Shown one piece after another: positions 60,257 to 64,000 of a stretch of DNA of 64,000 nt. Numbering within the stretch: the stretch's first letter is position 1; each line of letters starts with the position of its first letter. This DNA is from a virus. The DNA lies in IMG/VR virus record IMGVR_UViG_3300045988_092303; one strand, given 5' to 3'. Below the pieces are notes generated by a model, which was not told the DNA's origin, did no database searches, and worked only from the letters and a program-made list of their open reading frames with translations. Both the position numbers and the translations under genes were made by a program.

Positions 60257-61014
60257 TGGATTTTGGCTACTACAACATGGACTGCATAGACGGAATGAAA
60301 GAGTTCCCAGACAAATATTTTGATCTGGCAGTTGTTGACCCGCCGTATTTCTCTGGACCTGAACGCAGAGGATTCTATGGGAGAAAAATCTCTCCCATAG
60401 GTGTCCAACGGATATATGAAAAATCAGAATGTTGGCAAGTGCCGGATGAAGATTACTTCAAAGAATTGTTCCGGGTATCAAAGGAGCAGATCATCTGGGG
60501 ATGCAATTATTTTGAATACCAATTCGCACCGGGAAGAATTGTATGGGATAAGTGTAACGGCAATAGTGATTTTTCGGATTGCGAGATTGCTTACTGCAGT
60601 ATGCATGATTCTGTGAGATTGTTCCGGTACATGTGGAACGGGATGTTCCAGGGAAAATCCATAAGTGAAGGGCATATCCAGCAGGGAAACAAAAAGTTGA
60701 ATGAGAAGCGGATACACCCAACGCAGAAGCCAAAAGTTTTGTATGACTGGATTTTCGGCAGATATGCAAAGCCAGGGCAGAAGCTATTAGATACTCACGT
60801 CGGAAGCGCAAGCAGTCTTATGGCAGCTCATGACGCCGGACTGCAGTATGTGGGATTTGAGAAGGATCCGTATTATTACGATCTGTCAAAAAATAGACTT
60901 GAACAGCATGAGGTGCAATTGAGTTTAACTCAACTTAACTTAATTAACGAATTGGAGGATGGAAAGGAGAATGAGTATGAACGTATACATCAGCGGCCCT
61001 ATGCGGGGCATTGA
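60256..61014 (+). CDS. DNA methyltransferase (beta-class, DPPY)
   Basis: ORF track; VVDPPYF; HPTQKPKVLYDWI; LLDTHVGSASS. Confidence 0.8.
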   Translation: MDFGYYNMDCIDGMKEFPDKYFDLAVVDPPYFSGPERRGFYGRKISPIGVQRIYEKSECWQVPDEDYFKELFRVSKEQIIWGCNYFEYQFAPGRIVWDKCNGNSDFSDCEIAYCSMHDSVRLFRYMWNGMFQGKSISEGHIQQGNKKLNEKRIHPTQKPKVLYDWIFGRYAKPGQKLLDTHVGSASSLMAAHDAGLQYVGFEKDPYYYDLSKNRLEQHEVQLSLTQLNLINELEDGKENEYERIHQRPYAGH

Positions 61015-61264
61015 CAACTACTATGAAAATTTCCAGATAGCAGAAAGAAAGATCAAAGAGTACGGGCACCGGGTAGCTAATCCGGCAGATCTTGATGTTG
61101 AAGGACTTACTAGAGAACAGATGCTTAATGTAGACTTTGCGATGATGAATCTGTGCGACGCGATCTATATGCTGAAAGGCTGGGAAAATTCCTGCGGAGC
61201 TAATCGGGAATATGGATATGCACTTGGCAAAGGAATGGATATCATGTTTGAGAGTGACAAGTAA
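60971..61264 (+). CDS. DUF4406 / nucleoside 2-deoxyribosyltransferase-like protein
   Basis: ORF track; VYISGPMRG...CDAIYMLKGWENSCGANREYGYA. Confidence 0.65.
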   Translation: MSMNVYISGPMRGIDNYYENFQIAERKIKEYGHRVANPADLDVEGLTREQMLNVDFAMMNLCDAIYMLKGWENSCGANREYGYALGKGMDIMFESDK

Positions 61265-61284
61265 ACAGCGGGGAGGCAAAGCTA

Positions 61285-61455
61285 ATGGAGAAACTTAAAC
61301 CGTGCCCGTTCTGCGGGGGAAAGAGTATACATATTTGGAGAACAAGCACGCCTTGGGTATCATGTAATAACTGCCTTGCAAATACAGCCTGTGCGCTGAC
61401 AGAGGAAGAAGCAGTTAAGTATTGGAATAGGAGGGTAAATGATGAGGCTGATTGA
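61285..61455 (+). CDS. Lar-family restriction-alleviation-like zinc protein (56 aa)
   Basis: Own translation MEKLKPCPFCGGKSIHIW...CNNC...EEEAVKYWNRR; SD GGGGAGG. Confidence 0.55.
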   Translation: MEKLKPCPFCGGKSIHIWRTSTPWVSCNNCLANTACALTEEEAVKYWNRRVNDEAD

Positions 61456-61714
61456 TGCAGATCTGCTGATTGAGGGCAGAGTTGAGAATGATCCGGTAGT
61501 TATAGCTGCGAGATGCGCACCGACTGCCTACGATCTGGACAAGGTTGTGGAACAGTTGGAAGAACGGACAACATTCCTGAAGGAATGCACAAAATATGGG
61601 AACAAGGATGCGGAACAGCAGGAAAAGTCATATGCCACCATGATGATGTATGAAGTTGCATACTTGGTAGATGATCTGCTGGAAATCGTGAAAGGAGGTG
61701 GAGTAGATGGTTAA
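61439..61714 (+). CDS. Hypothetical protein
   Basis: ORF track. Confidence 0.55.
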   Translation: MMRLIDADLLIEGRVENDPVVIAARCAPTAYDLDKVVEQLEERTTFLKECTKYGNKDAEQQEKSYATMMMYEVAYLVDDLLEIVKGGGVDG

Positions 61715-61934
61715 TTTTAGCGGATTCGATAGGGGTGTGATCGGGAAGCCGCTTCCGGCTGATTCTACGCTTAATAACATGAAAAAATACCAGCTGATCG
61801 AGCTATTGCATATTGCGGAGAGTAACCATAAGGTGCTGGTTGATGCCTATGACAATGCAGTTAATACCAACAAGTGCAATAGCTGTCCAATTATGCAGGC
61901 GGCGAAAAAAATGAGGTGCGAAGATGAGGTTTGA
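61707..61934 (+). CDS. Hypothetical protein
   Basis: ORF track. Confidence 0.55.
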   Translation: MVNFSGFDRGVIGKPLPADSTLNNMKKYQLIELLHIAESNHKVLVDAYDNAVNTNKCNSCPIMQAAKKMRCEDEV

Positions 61935-62085
61935 CAGATTCGACTTTCTGGTTGATATACAAGATGTATATATTCTTCCAACAATCAGAATAAGCACACA
62001 GTATGAAATGATTGATAAAAATTTCAACATTCAGATTCATTTTGCAGTATTTCATTTTAGATGGAGGTGGGTAGATGGCAATTAA
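61924..62085 (+). CDS. Hypothetical 53-aa protein
   Basis: Own translation MRFDRFDFLVDIQDVYILPTIRIS.. Confidence 0.35.
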   Translation: MRFDRFDFLVDIQDVYILPTIRISTQYEMIDKNFNIQIHFAVFHFRWRWVDGN

Positions 62086-62812
62086 ACAGATTCTGATGAG
62101 AACCGAAATGGTGAGAGCAATTCTGGACGGGCGGAAGACCTGCACACGGAGGATTGTGAAATCTACACCATCTTTCTTTGAAGTGAATGAAAAACCGGTA
62201 TATCTATATGACACGGAGCCATCAATGGGGAAAATTTATCCACCATGCCAGCCGGGAGATATCTTGTATGTCCGGGAAACATGGGGTATCAGCAATATGG
62301 ACGATGAAAGCAAGATGGCCTATATAGTATATCGAGCATCTGAAGAGCAGGAAAACGAAGGCTGTCGAGAAGTGCATCTCCCAGATGAAAAATTTGAAAA
62401 GATGTATGAATCTATGGTGGAAAGTGAACCAGAATGGCGCCCATCCATCCACATGCCCAAAGAGGCAGCTCGTATCTGGCTGAAGGTTACGGATGTGAGG
62501 GTGGAGCGGTTGCAGGATATGACAGATGATGATGCAGAAGCAGAGGGAATGCCAGACAGCTTTGATTATCCAGTTGATAAGGCATATTGCCCATTGTGCA
62601 AAGGGGAAGGAATAATCGGCACTGTAGATGTTCATTCGCTTGGACATATGGATGTTGACTGCCCGTACTGCGACAGCTACCGAAAGAGATTTGAAAATTT
62701 GTGGAACAGCATTAACCAAAAGTGCCTTGACTGCTACGGATGGGATGCAAACCCGTGGGTCTGGGTGATCGAGTTTGAGCGGTGTGAGAAACCGAAGGAG
62801 GTAGAAGAATGA
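62075..62812 (+). CDS. ASCH-domain-like protein
   Basis: ORF track; ILMRTEMVRAILDGRKTCTRRIV...GDILYVRETW. Confidence 0.5.
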   Translation: MAIKQILMRTEMVRAILDGRKTCTRRIVKSTPSFFEVNEKPVYLYDTEPSMGKIYPPCQPGDILYVRETWGISNMDDESKMAYIVYRASEEQENEGCREVHLPDEKFEKMYESMVESEPEWRPSIHMPKEAARIWLKVTDVRVERLQDMTDDDAEAEGMPDSFDYPVDKAYCPLCKGEGIIGTVDVHSLGHMDVDCPYCDSYRKRFENLWNSINQKCLDCYGWDANPWVWVIEFERCEKPKEVEE

Positions 62813-63060
62813 AATATACGATTGAGACAACGGAAGATGGATGGGTTGAAACGTTGGAGATCAGCGGTCATTCCTACGAGAAAAACTGGAAGAGGCGTAG
62901 CAGTGGTTGTTATCGGTGTGAAGAGGGAGATTTTACTGATCGCATAATTGCCGATGGATACGCACCTGATTATTTGGGAGATGATCTGTATGAAGTTATT
63001 GATGAAAGCCCAAATGGGCTAGATATGCACAACTTAGTGCGTGATTATCTGGAGGAATGA
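62809..63060 (+). CDS. Hypothetical protein
   Basis: ORF track. Confidence 0.55.
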   Translation: MKYTIETTEDGWVETLEISGHSYEKNWKRRSSGCYRCEEGDFTDRIIADGYAPDYLGDDLYEVIDESPNGLDMHNLVRDYLEE

Positions 63061-63479
63061 CTATGAAAGAGATTCTTTTCCGTGGTAAGCGGATTGATAA
63101 CGGCGAGTGGGTAGAAGGTTATTATGTAAAAGCACTGGATATGTATGATAAGGAAATACATGTAATTTTCGACACAACGGCAACTTTTTACTCATTTGGA
63201 GAAACATCTGGTTTTGAATTAGTTGACGCTGAAACAATCTGCCAGTGCACTGGATTGACCGATAAGTGTGGCAACAAGATCTGGGAAGGCGATATTATGC
63301 GAGAAATATATTGTCCGCATCATCCATACGAAGTTATTTGGGATGATGAACAAGGCGGATGGGCGTTAGGAATTGATCATGAGCCATTATATTACATTGG
63401 TAGCGAAAGCGGCGAGAAACACGAAGTAATAGGAAACGTATATGACAACCCGGAATTGTTGGAGAAAAGTAATGAATGA
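63057..63479 (+). CDS. YopX-family protein
   Basis: ORF track; ILFRGKRIDNGEWVEGYY...CTGLTDKCGNKIWEGDI...VIGNVYDNPELLE. Confidence 0.7.
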   Translation: MTMKEILFRGKRIDNGEWVEGYYVKALDMYDKEIHVIFDTTATFYSFGETSGFELVDAETICQCTGLTDKCGNKIWEGDIMREIYCPHHPYEVIWDDEQGGWALGIDHEPLYYIGSESGEKHEVIGNVYDNPELLEKSNE

Positions 63480-63825
63480 GAATGAAGTAGAAATCCTGTT
63501 GAGAGATATGCAGGAGTATCGTGAATTAACAAACCGTGTGAAAGCCATCTATGGAGATCAGATGACTCTAAAAGATATGGTGGATGTAATGGAACGTATC
63601 ATCCGGGAGCCGGGCAGAAAAGATCCGGTCAATGCCAGAATCCTTACATACGATGAATCTGCCATGTGGGATGAATATAGAAAAGTCGGAACACCAGAAG
63701 AATGCTTGCGGAATAAAGACTTCTTGGATTTTCTTTCGGATGAGATGGATCCTGACGATTATGAGATGTATTTGCGCATATATAATTCGCTTGATGAGAA
63801 AGGAGACGGCCATGACGGAGAATGA
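63472..63825 (+). CDS. Hypothetical protein
   Basis: ORF track; ATG at 63472 after GGAGAAAAG. Confidence 0.5.
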   Translation: MNENEVEILLRDMQEYRELTNRVKAIYGDQMTLKDMVDVMERIIREPGRKDPVNARILTYDESAMWDEYRKVGTPEECLRNKDFLDFLSDEMDPDDYEMYLRIYNSLDEKGDGHDGE

Positions 63826-64000
63826 AGCACTCGAAAGCGCATTGAAAAAAATAATCGCACAGGAAAAGTCTGATTGGGGATATATAGAAAACTTTGATGT
63901 TGATGAGAATTGGGCGGTAAGAACAGCTATTGAACATGTGAAGCAGTACAGGAAGATCGGTACAGTGAGGGCACTGAAAGAAGCAGCTAAGTATCTGGGA
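63812..64000 (+). CDS. Hypothetical protein, 3' end runs off window
   Basis: Own translation MTENEALESALKKIIAQEKSDWGYIENF..; SD AAAGGAGA; no stop before 64000. Confidence 0.45.
   Translation, partial: MTENEALESALKKIIAQEKSDWGYIENFDVDENWAVRTAIEHVKQYRKIGTVRALKEAAKYLG

Overview
The window looks like most of a temperate siphovirus-type phage or prophage from a low-GC Firmicutes (Clostridia-like) host. The host guess is inference from a SPOR-amidase endolysin, XhlA/holin-like genes, a YjcZ-like peptide, DUF6273-like proteins and a collagen-like fibre. Layout: 1-7.7 kb early/moron genes with an XRE-operator circuit; 7.8-43.9 kb packaging-head-tail operon on the + strand; 43.9-45.5 kb two leftward repressors; 45.6-64 kb rightward early operon (antirepressor, Rad50-like ATPase, RecT, MBL nuclease, SSB, PAPS-reductase-like protein, two DNA methyltransferases, Lar, ASCH, YopX). 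The morphogenesis operon is interrupted at least five times: (1) a 6.5 kb island between terS and terL carrying RHH + small serine recombinase, MazG, a 5-tRNA array plus one tRNA-like gene, and two orphan receptor-binding-tip-like genes; (2) XhlA-like + holin between head-tail connector and head-closure genes; (3) endolysin + collagen-like fibre between the G/GT chaperone and the tape measure; (4) a group I intron with a GIY-YIG endonuclease inside the tape-measure gene; (5) a 5.3 kb island between the tape measure and distal tail genes carrying a DUF4352-like moron, RHH, four tiny paralogous ORFs, two Bro-N antirepressors, a GIY-YIG protein and a replication-initiator-like gene with 22-bp iterons. 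The most unusual non-coding signal is a pair of homologous promoter-leader-terminator RNAs, one upstream of terS and one upstream of an island antirepressor. Other signals: a LexA box in front of a tiny ORF beside a CI-like repressor with no recognisable cleavage residues; an MBL gene broken by exactly 5 nt (GGT TAG GA) that restores HxHxDH if skipped; several genes with no canonical start codon; phased TATATA arrays around an Arc-like gene. No CRISPR array, rRNA, or tyrosine/large-serine integrase was seen. All calls come from reading the sequence and ORF track by eye; no database search was run.
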